Shown: positions 38,101 to 51,700 of the stretch, piece after piece | Layout of the letters: every line of letters begins with the position of its first letter | How positions within the stretch are numbered: position 1 is the stretch's first letter | Assembly: GCA_964016885.1 (NCBI GenBank) | Contig: CAXHJY010001477.1 | Span: 620,001-684,000 of the forward strand | Source: Eledone cirrhosa | Lineage: Eukaryota | DNA: 64,000 nt | Direction of reading: 5' to 3' | Translations under genes and position numbers: made by a program | The notes under the pieces: model-generated | Databases searched by the model: none | Told to the model about the DNA's origin: nothing | Seen by the model: the letters and a program-made list of their open reading frames with translations, nothing else

Positions 38101-41100
38101 TGCTATTGTAGTTGAGGAAGAGACACTATCTCCAACTTAGATGACAGAAGGACCTGCTATCGTAGTTGAGGAAGAGACACTACCTCCAACTTAGATGACA
38201 GAAGGACCTGCTATTGAAGTTGAGGAAGAGACACTACCTCTAACTTAGATGACAGAAGGACCTGCTATTGAAGTTGAGGATGAGACACTACCTCCAACTT
38301 AGATGACAGAAGGACCTGCTATTGTAGTTGAGGAAGAGACACTACCTCCAACTTAGATGACAGAACGACCTGCTATCGTAGTTGAGGAAGAGACACTACC
38401 TCCAACTTAGATGACAGAAGGACCTGCTATTGTAGTTGAGGAAGAGACACTACCTCCAACTTAGATCACAGAAGGACCTGCTATTGAAGTTGAGGAAGAG
38501 ACACTACCTCCAACTTAGATGACAGAAGGACTATTGAAGGTGAGGAAGAGACACTACCTCCAGCTTAGATGACCGAAGGACCTGCTATTGTAGGTGAGGA
38601 AGAGACACTACCTCCAACTTAGATGACAGAAGGACCTGCTATTGAAGTTGAGGAAGAGACACTACCTCTAACTTAGATGACAGAAGGACCTGCTATTGAA
38701 GTTGAGGAAGAGACACTACCTCCAACTTAGATGACAGAAGGACCTGCTATTGAAGTTGAGGAAGAGACACTACCTCCAACTTAGATGACAGAATGACCTG
38801 TTATTGAAGTTGAGGAAGAGACACTACCTCCAACTTAGATGACAGAAGGACTATTGAAGGTGAGGAAGAGACACTACCTCCAACTTAGATGACAGAAGGA
38901 CCTGCTATTGAACTTGAGGAAGAGACACTACCTCCAACTTAGATGACAGAAGGACCGGCTATTGAAGTTGAGGAAGAGACACTACCTCTAACTTAGATGA
39001 CAGAAGGACTATTGAAGATGAGGAAGAGACACTACCTCCAACTTAGATGACAGAAGGACCTGCTATTGTAGTTGAGGAAGAGACACTACCTCCAACTTAG
39101 ATGACAGAAGGACCTGCTATTGTAGTTGAGGAAGAGACACTACCTACAACTTACATGACAGAAGGACCTGCTATTGTAGTTGAGGAAGAGACACTACCTA
39201 CAACTTAGATGACAGCAGGACCTGCTATTGAAGTTGAGGAAGAGACACTACATCCAACTTACATGACAGAAGGACCTGCTATTGAAGTTGAGGAAGAGAC
39301 ACTACCTCCAACTTAGGTGACAGAAGGACCTGCTATTGAAGATGAGGAAGAGACACTACTTCCAACTTAGATGACAGAAGGACCTGCTATTGAAGTTGAG
39401 GAAGAGACACTACCTCGAACTTAGATGACAGAAGGACCTGCTATTGAAGGTGAGGAAGAGACACTACCTCCAACTTACATGACAGAAGGACCTGCTATTG
39501 TAGTTGAGGAAGAGACACTACCTCCAACTTAGATGACAGAAGGACCTGCTATTGTAGTTGAGGAAGAGACACTACCTCCAACTTAGATCACAGAAGGACC
39601 GGCTATTGAAGTTGAGGAAGAGACACTACCTCCAACTTAGATGACAGAAGGACCTGCTATTGAAGTTGAGGAAGAGACACTACCTCCAACTTAGATGACA
39701 GAAGGACTATTGAAGTTGAGGAAGAGACACTACCTCCAACTTAGATGACAGAAGGACTATTGAAGGTGAGGAAGAGACACTACCTCCAGCTTAGATGACA
39801 GAAGGACCTGCTATTGAAGTTGAGGAATAGACACTACCTCCAACTTAGATGACAGAATGACCTGTTATTGAAGTTGAGGAAGAGACACTACCTCCAACTT
39901 AGATGAAAGAAGGACCTGCTATTGAAGTTGAGGAAGAGAAACAACCTCCAACTTAGATGACAGAAGGACCTGCTATTGAAGGTGAGGAAGAGACACTACC
40001 TCTAACTTAGATGACAGAAGGACATGCTATTGAAGTTGAGGAAGAGACACTACCTCCAACTTAGATGACAGAAGGACTATTGAACTTAAGGAAGAGACAC
40101 TACCTCCAACTTAGATTACAGAAGGACCTTCTATTGTAGATGAGGAAGAGACACTACCTCCAACTTAGATGACAGAAGGACCTGCTATTGAAGTTGAGGA
40201 AGAGACACTACCTCCAACTTAGATGACAGAAAGACCTGCTATTGTAGTTGAGGAAGAGACACTACCTCCAACTTAGATGACAGAAGGACCTGCTATTGAA
40301 GTTGAGAAAGAAACACTACCTCCAACTTAGATGACAGAAGGACCTGCTATTGAAGTTGAGGAAGAGACACTACCTCCAACTTAGATGACAGAAGGACCTG
40401 CTACTGTAGTTGAGGAAGAGACACTACCTCCAACTTAGATGACAGAAGGACTATTGAAGTTGAGGAAGAGACACTACCTCCAACTTAGATGACAGAAGGA
40501 CCTGCTATTGTAGTTGAGGAAGAGACACTACCTCCAACTTAGATGACAGAAGGACCTGCTATTGTAGTTGAGGAAGAGACACTATCTCCAACTTAGATGA
40601 CAGAAGGACCTGCTATCGTAGTTGAGGAAGAGACACTACCTCCAACTTAGATGACAGAAGGACCTGCTATTGAAGTTGAGGAAGAGACACTACCTCTAAC
40701 TTAGATGACAGAAGGACCTGCTATTGAAGTTGAGGATGAGACACTACCTCCAACTTAGATGACAGAAGGACCTGCTATTGTAGTTGAGGAAGAGACACTA
40801 CCTCCAACTTAGATGACAGAACGACCTGCTATCGTAGTTGAGGAAGAGACACTATCTCCAACTTAGATGACAGAAGGACCTGCTATTGTAGTTGAGGAAG
40901 AGACACTACCTCCAACTTAGATCACAGAAGGACCTGCTATTGAAGTTGAGGAAGAGACACTACCTCCAACTTAGATGACAGAAGGACTATTGAAGGTGAG
41001 GAAGAGACACTACCTCCAGCTTAGATGACCGAAGGACCTGCTATTGTAGGTGAGGAAGAGACACTACCTCCAACTTAGATGACAGAAGGACCTGCTATTG

Positions 41101-44100
41101 AAGTTGAGGAAGAGACACTACCTATAACTTAGATGACAGAAGGACCTGCTATTGAAGTTGAGGAAGAGACACTACCTCCAACTTAGATGACAGAAGGACC
41201 TGCTATTGAAGTTGAGGAAGAGACACTACCTCCAACTTAGATGACAGAATGACCTGTTATTGAAGTTGAGGAAGAGACACTACCTCCAACTTAGATGACA
41301 GAAGGACTATTGAAGGTGAGGAAGAGACACTACCTCCAACTTAGATGACAGAAGGACCTGCTATTGAACTTGAGGAAGAGACACTACCTCCAACTTAGAT
41401 GACAGAAGGACCGGCTATTGAAGTTGAGGAAGAGACACTACCTCTAACTTAGATGACAGAAGGACTATTGAAGATGAGGAAGAGACACTACCTCCAACTT
41501 AGATGACAGAAGGACCTGCTATTGTAGTTGAGGAAGAGACACTACCTCCAACTTAGATGACAGAAGGACCTGCTATTGTAGTTGAGGAAGAGACACTACC
41601 TACAACTTACATGACAGAAGGACCTGCTATTGTAGTTGAGGAAGAGACACTACCTACAACTTAGATGACAGCAGGACCTGCTATTGAAGTTGAGGAAGAG
41701 ACACTACCTCCAACTTACATGACAGAAGGACCTGCTATTGAAGTTGAGGAAGAGACACTACCTCCAACTTAGATGACAGAAGGACCTGCTATTGAAGATG
41801 AGGAAGAGACACTACCTCCAACTTAGATGACAGAAGGACCTGCTATTGAAGTTGAGGAAGAGACACTACCTCGAACTTAGATGACAGAAGGACCTGCTTT
41901 GAAGGTGAGGAAGAGACACTACCTCCAACTTACATGACAGAAGGACCTGCTATTGTAGTTGAGGAAGAGACACTACCTCCAACTTAGATGACAGAAGGAC
42001 CTGCTATTGTAGTTGAGGAAGAGACACTACCTCCAACTTAGATCACAGAAGGACCGGCTATTGAAGTTGAGGAAGAGACACTACCTCCAACTTAGATGAC
42101 AGAAGGACCTGCTATTGAAGTTGAGGAAGAGACACTACCTCCAACTTAGATGACAGAAGGACTATTGAAGTTGAGGAAGAGACACTACCTCCAACTTAGA
42201 TGACAGAAGGACTATTGAAGGTGAGGAAGAGACACTACCTCCAGCTTAGATGACAGAAGGACCTGCTATTGAAGTTGAGGAATAGACACTACCTCCAACT
42301 TAGATGACAGAATGACCTGTTATTGAAGTTGAGGAAGAGACACTACCTCCAACTTAGATGAAAGAAGGACCTGCTATTGAAGTTGAGGAAGAGAAACAAC
42401 CTCCAACTTAGATGACAGAAGGACCTGCTATTGAAGGTGAGGAAGAGACACTACCTCTAACTTAGATGACAGAAGGACATGCTATTGAAGTTGAGGAAGA
42501 GACACTACCTCCAACTTAGATGACAGAAGGACTATTGAACTTAAGGAAGAGACACTACCTCCAACTTAGATTACAGAAGGACCTTCTATTGTAGATGAGG
42601 AAGAGACACTACCTCCAACTTAGATGACAGAAGGACCTGCTATTGAAGTTGAGGAAGAGACACTACCTCCAACTTAGATGACAGAAGGACCTGCTATTGA
42701 AGTTGATGAAGAGACACTACCTCCAACTTAGATGACAGAAGGACCTGCTATTGTAGTTCAGGAAGAGACACTACCTACAACTTAGATGACAGAAGGACCT
42801 GCGATTGTAGTTGAGGAAGAGACACTACCTCCAACTTAGATGACAGAAGGACCTGCTATTGAAGGTGAGGAAGAGACACTACCTCCAACTTAGATGACAG
42901 AAGGACCTGCTATTGTAGTTGAGGAAGAGACACTACCTCCAACTTAGATAACAGAAGGACCTGCTATTGTAGTTGAGGAAGAGACACTACCTCCAACTTA
43001 GATCACAGAAGGACCTGCTATTGTAGTTGAGGAAGAGACACTACCTCCAACTTAGATGACAGAAGGACTATTGAAGTTGCGGAAGAGACACTACCTCTAA
43101 CTTAGATGACAGAAGGACTATTGAAGATGAGGAAGAGACACTACCTCCAACTTAGATGACAGAAGGACCTGATATTGTAGTTGAGGAAGAGACACTACCT
43201 CCAACTTAGATGACAGAAGGACCTGCTATTGAAGTTGAGGAAGAGACACTACCTCCAACTTAGATGACAGAAGGACCTGCTATTGTAGTTGAGGAAGAGA
43301 CACTACCTCCAACTTAGATGACAGAAGGACCTGCTATTGAAGTCGAGGAAGAGACACTACCTCCAACTTAGATGACAGAAGGACTATTGAAGTTGAGGAA
43401 GAGACACTACCTCCAACTTAGATGACAGAAGGACTAATGAAGGTGAGGAAGAGACACTACCTCCAACTTAGATGACAGAAGGACCTGCTATTGAAGTTGA
43501 GGAAGAGACACTACCTCCAACTTAGATGACAGAAGGACCTGTTATTGAAGTTGAGGAAGAGACACTACCTCCAACTTAGATGAAAGAAGGACCTGCTATT
43601 GAAGTTGAGGAAGAGACACTACCTCCAACTCAGATGACAGAAGGACCTGCTATTGAAGTTGAGGAAGAGACACTACCTCCAACTTAGATGAGAGAAGGAC
43701 CTGCTATTGAAGGTGAGGAAAAGACACTACCTCCAACTTAGATGATAGAAGGACCTGCTATTGAAGTTGAGAAAGAGACACTACCTCTAACTTAGATGAC
43801 AGAAGGACCTGCTATTGAAGGTGAGGAAGAGACACTACCTCTAACTTAGATGACAGAAGGACCTGCTATTGAAGTTGAGGAAGAGACACTACCTCCAACT
43901 TAGATGACAGAAGGACCTGCTATTGAAGTTGAGGAAGAGACACTACCTCCAACTTAGATGACAGAAGGACCTGCTATTGAACTTGAGGAAGAGACACTAC
44001 CCCCAACTTAGATGACAGAAGGACTATTGAACTTAAGGAAGAGACACTACCTCCAACTTAGATGACAGAAGGACCTGCGATTGTAGTTGAGGAAGAGACA

Positions 44101-45799
44101 CTACCTCCAACTTAGATGACAGAAGGACCTGCTATTGAAGGTGAGGAAGAGACACTACCTCCAACTTAGATGACAGAAGGACCTGCTATTGTAGTTGAGG
44201 AAGAGACACTACCTCCAACTTAGATGACAGAAGGATCTGCTATTGAAGTTGAGGAAGAGACACTACCTCCAACTTAGATGATAGAAGGACCTGCTATTGA
44301 AGTTGAGAAAGAGACACTACCTCTAACTTAGATGACAGAAGGACCTGCTATTGAAGGTGAGGAAGAGACACTACCTCTAACTTAGATGACAGAAGGACCT
44401 GCTATTGAAGTTGAGGAAGAGACACTACCTCCAACTTAGATGACAGAAGGACCTGCTATTGAAGTTGAGGAAGAGACACTACCTCCAACTTAGATTACAG
44501 AAGGACCTGCTATTGTAGATGAGGAAGAGACACTACCTCCAACTTAGATGACAGAAGGACCTGCTATTGAAGTTGAGGAATAGACACTACCTCCAACTTA
44601 GATGACAGAATGACCTGTTATTGAAGTTGAGGAAGAGACACTACCTCCAACTTAGATGAAAGAAGGACCTGCTATTGAAGTTGAGGAAGAGAAACAACCT
44701 CCAACTTAGATGACAGAAGGACCTGCTATTGAAGGTGAGGAAGAGACACTACCTCTAACTTAGATGACAGAAGGACATGCTATTGAAGTTGAGGAAGAGA
44801 CACTACCTCCAACTTAGATGACAGAAGGACTATTGAACTTAAGGAAGAGACACTACCTCCAACTTAGATGACAGAATGACCTGTTATTGAAGTTGAGGAA
44901 GAGACACTACCTCCAACTTAGATGAAAGAAGGACCTGCTATTGAAGTTGAGGAAGAGACACTACCTCCAACTCAGATGACAGAAGGACCTGCTATTGAAG
45001 TTGAGGAAGAGACACTACCTCCAACTTAGATAACAGAAGGACCTGCTATTGAAGTTGAGGAATAGACACTACCTCCAACTTAGATGACAGAATGACCTGT
45101 TATTGAAGTTGAGGAAGAGACACTACCTCCAACTTAGATGAAAGAAGGACCTGCTATTGAAGTTGAGGAAGAGAAACAACCTCCAACTTAGATGACAGAA
45201 GGACCTGCTATTGAAGGTGAGGAAGAGACACTACCTCTAACTTAGATGACAGAAGGACATGCTATTGAAGTTGAGGAAGAGACACTACCTCCAACTTAGA
45301 TGACAGAAGGACTATTGAACTTAAGGAAGAGACACTACCTCCAACTTAGATGACAGAATGACCTGTTATTGAAGTTGAGGAAGAGACACTACCTCCAACT
45401 TAGATGAAAGAAGGACCTGCTATTGAAGTTGAGGAAGAGACACTACCTCCAACTCAGATGACAGAAGGACCTGCTATTGAAGTTGAGGAAGAGACACTAC
45501 CTCCAACTTAGATAACAGAAGGACCTGCTATTGTAGTTGAGGAAGAGACACTACCTCCAACTTAGATCACAGAAGGACCTGCTATTGTAGTTGAGGAAGA
45601 GACACTACCTCCAACTTAGATGACAGAAGGACTATTGAAGTTGCGGAAGAGACACTACCTCTAACTTAGATGACAGAAGGACTATTGAAGATGAGGAAGA
45701 GACACTACCTCCAACTTAGATGACAGAAGGACCTGATATTGTAGTTGAGGAAGAGACACTACCTCCAACTTAGATGACAGAAGGACCTGCTATTGAAGT

Positions 45800-48700
45800 T
45801 GAGGAAGAGACACTACCTCCAACTTAGATGACAGAAGGACCTGCTATTGTAGTTGAGGAAGAGACACTACCTCCAACTTACATGACAGAAGGACCTGCTA
45901 TTGAAGTCGAGGAAGAGACACTACCTCCAACTTAGATGACAGAAGGACTATTGAAGTTGAGGAAGAGACACTACCTCCAACTTAGATGACAGAAGGACTA
46001 ATGAAGGTGAGGAAGAGACACTACCTCCAACTTAGATGACAGAAGGACCTGCTATTGAAGTTGAGGAAGAGACACTACCTCCAACTTAGATGACAGAAGG
46101 ACCTGTTATTGAAGTTGAGGAAGAGACACTACCTCCAACTTAGATGAAAGAAGGACCTGCTATTGAAGTTGAGGAAGAGACACTACCTCCAACTCAGATG
46201 ACAGAAGGACCTGCTATTGAAGTTGAGGAAGAGACACTACCTCCAACTTAGATGAGAGAAGGACCTGCTATTGAAGGTGAGGAAAAGACACTACCTCCAA
46301 CTTAGATGATAGAAGGACCTGCTATTGAAGTTGAGAAAGAGACACTACCTCTAACTTAGATGACAGAAGGACCTGCTATTGAAGGTGAGGAAGAGACACT
46401 ACCTCTAACTTAGATGACAGAAGGACCTGCTATTGAAGTTGAGGAAGAGACACTACCTCCAACTTAGATGACAGAAGGACCTGCTATTGAAGTTGAGGAA
46501 GAGACACTACCTCCAACTTAGATGACAGAAGGACCTGCTATTGAACTTGAGGAAGAGACACTACCCCCAACTTAGATGACAGAAGGACTATTGAACTTAA
46601 GGAAGAGACACTACCTCCAACTTAGATTACAGAAGGACCTTCTATTGAAGTTGAGGAAGAGACACTACCTCCAACTTAGATTACAGAAGGACCTGCTATT
46701 GTAGATGAGGAAGAGACACTACCTCCAACTTAGATGACAGAAGGACCTGCTATTGAAGTTGAGGAATAGACACTACCTCCAACTTAGATGACAGAATGAC
46801 CTGTTATTGAAGTTGAGGAAGAGACACTACCTCCAACTTAGATGAAAGAAGGACCTGCTATTGAAGGTGAGGAAGAAACACTACCTCTAACTTAGATGAC
46901 AGAAGGACATGCTATTGAAGTTGAGGAAGAGACACTACCTCCAACTTAGATGACAGAAGGACTATTGAACTTAAGGAAGAGACACTACCTCCAACTTAGA
47001 TGACAGAATGACCTGTTATTGAAGTTGAGGAAGAGACACTACCTCCAACTTAGATGAAAGAAGGACCTGCTATTGAAGTTGAGGAAGAGACACTACCTCC
47101 AACTCAGATGACAGAAGGACCTGCTATTGAAGTTGAGGAAGAGACACTACCTCCAACTTAGATGACAGAAGGACCTGCTATTGAAGGTGAGGAAGAGACA
47201 CTACCTCCAGCTTAGATGATAGAAGGACCTGCTATTGAAGTTGAGAAAGAGACACTACCTCTAACTTAGATGACAGAAGGACCTGCTATTGTAGTTGAGG
47301 AAGAGAAACAACCTCCAACTTAGATGACAGAAGGACCTGCTATTGAAGGTGAGGAAGAGACACTACCTCTAACTTAGATGACAGAAGGACCTGCTATTGA
47401 AGTTGAGGAAGAGACACTACCTCCAACTTAGATGACAGAAGGACTATTGAACTTAAGGAAGAGACACTACTCCAACTTAGATTACAGAAGGACCTTCTAT
47501 TGTAGATGAGGAAGAGACACTACCTCCTACTTAGATGACAGAAGGACCTGCTATTGAAGTTGAGGAAGAGACACTACCTCCAACTTAGATGACAGAAGGA
47601 CCTGCTATTGAAGTTGATGAAGAGACACTACCTCCAACTTAGATGACAGAAGGACCTGCTATTGTAGTTGAGGAAGAGACACTACCTACAACTTAGATGA
47701 CAGAAGGACCTGCGATTGTAGTTGAGGAAGAGACACTACCTCCAACTTAGATGACAGAAGGACCTGCTATTGAAGGTGAGGAAGAGACACTACCTCCAAC
47801 TTAGATGACAGAAGGACCTGCTATTGTAGTTGAGGAAGAGACACTACCTCCAACTTAGATGACAGAAGGATCTGCTATTGAAGTTGAGGAAGAGACAATA
47901 CCTCCAACTTAGATGACAGAAGGACTATTGAACTTAAGGAAGAGACACTACCTCCAACTTAGATGACAGAAGGACCTGCTATTGAAGTTGAGGAAGAGAG
48001 ACTACCTCCAACTTAGATGACAGAAGGACCTGCTATTGAAGTTGAGGATGAGACACTACCTCCAACTTAGGTGACAGAAGGACCTGCAATTGAAGTTGAG
48101 GAAGAGACACTACCTCCAACTTAGATGACAGAAGGACGTGCTATTGTAGTCGAGGAAGAGACACTACCTCCAACTTACATGACAGAAGGACCTGCTATTG
48201 AAGTCGAGGAAGAGACACTACCTCCAACTTAGATGACAGAAGGACTATTGAAGTTGAGGAAGAGACACTACCTCCAACTTAGATGACAGAAGGACTAATG
48301 AAGGTGAGGAAGAGACACTACCTCCAACTTAGATGACAGAAGGACCTGCTATTGAAGTTGAGGAAGCGACACTACCTCCAACTTAGATGACAGAAGGACC
48401 TGTTATTGAAGTTGAGGAAGAGACACTACCTCCAACTTAGATGAAAGAAGGACCTGCTATTGAAGTTGAGGAAGAGACACTACCTCCAACTCAGATGACA
48501 GAAATACCTGCTATTGAAGTTGAGGAAGAGACACTACCTCCAACTTAGATGAGAGAAGGACCTGCTATTGAAGGTGAGGAAAAGACACTACCTCCAACTT
48601 AGATGATAGAAGGACCTGCTATTGAAGTTGAGAAAGAGACACTACCTCTAACTTAGATGACAGAAGGACCTGCTATTGAAGTTGAGGAAGAGACACTACC

Positions 48701-51700
48701 TCTAACTTAGATGACAGAAGGACCTGCTATTGAAGTTGAGGAAGAGACACTACCTCCAACTTAGATGACAGAAGGACCTGCTATTGAAGTTGAGGAAGAG
48801 ACACTACCTCCAACTTAGATGACAGAAGGACCTGCTATTGAACTTGAGGAAGAGACACTACCCCCAACTTAGATGACAGAAGGACTATTGAACTTAAGGA
48901 AGAGACACTACCTCCAACTTAGATTACAGAAGGACCTTCTATTGAAGTTGAGGAAGAGACACTACCTCCAACTTAGATTACAGAAGGACCTGCTATTGTA
49001 GATGAGGAAGAGACACTACCTCCAACTTAGATGACAGAAGGACCTGCTATTGAAGTTGAGGAATAGACACTACCTCCAACTTAGATGACAGAATGACCTG
49101 TTATTGAAGTTGAGGAAGAGACACTACCTCCAACTTAGATGAAAGAAGGACCTGCTATTGAAGTTGAGGAAGAGAAACAACCTCCAACTTAGATGACAGA
49201 AGGACCTGCTATTGAAGGTGAGGAAGAGACACTACCTCTAACTTAGATGACAGAAGGACATGCTATTGAAGTTGAGGAAGAGACACTACCTCCAACTTAG
49301 ATGACAGAAGGACTATTGAACTTAAGGAAGAGACACTACCTCCAACTTAGATGACAGAATGACCTGTTATTGAAGTTGAGGAAGAGACACTACCTCCAAC
49401 TTAGATGAAAGAAGGACCTGCTATTGAAGTTGAGGAAGAGACACTACCTCCAACTCAGATGACAGAAGGACCTGCTATTGAAGTTGAGGAAGAGACACTA
49501 CCTCCAACTTAGATGACAGAAGGACCTGCTATTGAAGGTGAGGAAGAGACACTACCTCCAGCTTAGATGATAGAAGGACCTGCTATTGAAGTTGAGAAAG
49601 AGACACTACCTCTAACTTAGATGACAGAAGGACCTGCTATTGTAGTTGAGGAAGAGAAACAACCTCCAACTTAGATGACAGAAGGACCTGCTATTGAAGG
49701 TGAGGAAGAGACACTACCTCTAACTTAGATGACAGAAGGACCTGCTATTGAAGTTGAGGAAGAGACACTACCTCCAACTTAGATGACAGAAGGACTATTG
49801 AACTTAAGGAAGAGACACTACCTCCAACTTAGATTACAGAAGGACCTTCTATTGTAGATGAGGAAGAGACACTACCTCCAACTTAGATGACAGAAGGACC
49901 TGCTATTGAAGTTGAGGAAGAGACACTACCTCCAACTTAGATGACAGAAGGACCTGCTATTGAAGTTGATGAAGAGACACTACCTCCAACTTAGATGACA
50001 GAAGGACCTGCTATTGTAGTTGAGGAAGAGACACTACCTCCAACTTAGATGACAGAAGGATCTGCTATTGAAGTTGAGGAAGAGACAATACCTCCAACTT
50101 AGATGACAGAAGGACTATTGAACTTAAGGAAGAGACACTACCTCCAACTTAGATGACAGAAGGACCTGCTATTGAAGTTGAGGAAGAGAGACTACCTCTA
50201 ACTTAGATGACAGAAGGACCTGCTATTGAAGTTGAGGAAGAGACACTACCTCCAACTTAGGTGACAGAAGGACCTGCAATTGAAGTTGAGGAAGAGACAC
50301 TACCTCCAACTTAGATGACAGAAGGACGTGCTATTGTAGTCGAGGAAGAGACACTACCTCCAACTTAGATGACAGAAGGACCTGCTATTGAAGTTGAGGA
50401 AGAGACACTACCTCCAACTTAGATGACAGAAGGACCTGCTATTGAAGTTGAGGATGAGACACTACCTCCAACTTAGGTGACAGAAGGACCTGCAATTGAA
50501 GTTGAGGAAGAGACACTACCTCCAACTTAGATGACAGAAGGACGTGCTATTGTAGTCGAGGAAGAGACACTACCTCCAACTTACATGACAGAAGGACCTG
50601 CTATTGAAGTCGAGGAAGAGACACTACCTCCAACTTAGATGACAGAAGGACTATTGAAGTTGAGGAAGAGACACTACCTCCAACTTAGATGACAGAAGGA
50701 CTAATGAAGGTGAGGAAGAGACACTACCTCCAACTTAGATGACAGAAGGACCTGCTATTGAAGTTGAGGAAGCGACACTACCTCCAACTTAGATGACAGA
50801 AGGACCTGTTATTGAAGTTGAGGAAGAGACACTACCTCCAACTTAGATGAAAGAAGGACCTGCTATTGAAGTTGAGGAAGAGACACTACCTCCAACTCAG
50901 ATGACAGAAGGACCTGCTATTGAAGTTGAGGAAGAGACACTACCTCCAACTTAGATGAGAGAAGGACCTGCTATTGAAGGTGAGGAAAAGACACTACCTC
51001 CAACTTAGATGATAGAAGGACCTGCTATTGAAGTTGAGAAAGAGACACTACCTCTAACTTAGATGACAGAAGGACCTGCTATTGAAGGTGAGGAAGAGAC
51101 ACTACCTCTAACTTAGATGACAGAAGGACCTGCTATTGAAGTTGAGGAAGAGACACTACCTCCAACTTAGATGACAGAAGGACCTGCTATTGAAGTTGAG
51201 GAAGAGACACTACCTCCAACTTAGATGACAGAAGGACCTGCTATTGAACTTGAGGAAGAGACACTACCCCCAACTTAGATGACAGAAGGACTATTGAACT
51301 TAAGGTAGAGACACTACCTCCAACTTAGATTACAGAAGGACCTTCTATTGAAGTTGAGGAAGAGACACTACCTCCAACTTAGATTACAGAAGGACCTGCT
51401 ATTGTAGATGAGGAAGAGACACTACCTCCAACTTAGATGACAGAAGGACCTGCTATTGAAGTTGAGGAATAGACACTACCTCCAACTTAGATGACAGAAT
51501 GACCTGTTATTGAAGTTGAGGAAGAGACACTACCTCCAACTTAGATGAAAGAAGGACCTGCTATTGAAGTTGAGGAAGAGAAACAACCTCCAACTTAGAT
51601 GACAGAAGGACCTGCTATTGAAGGTGAGGAAGAGACACTACCTCTAACTTAGATTACAGAAGGACATGCTATTGAAGTTGAGGAAGAGACACTACCTCCA

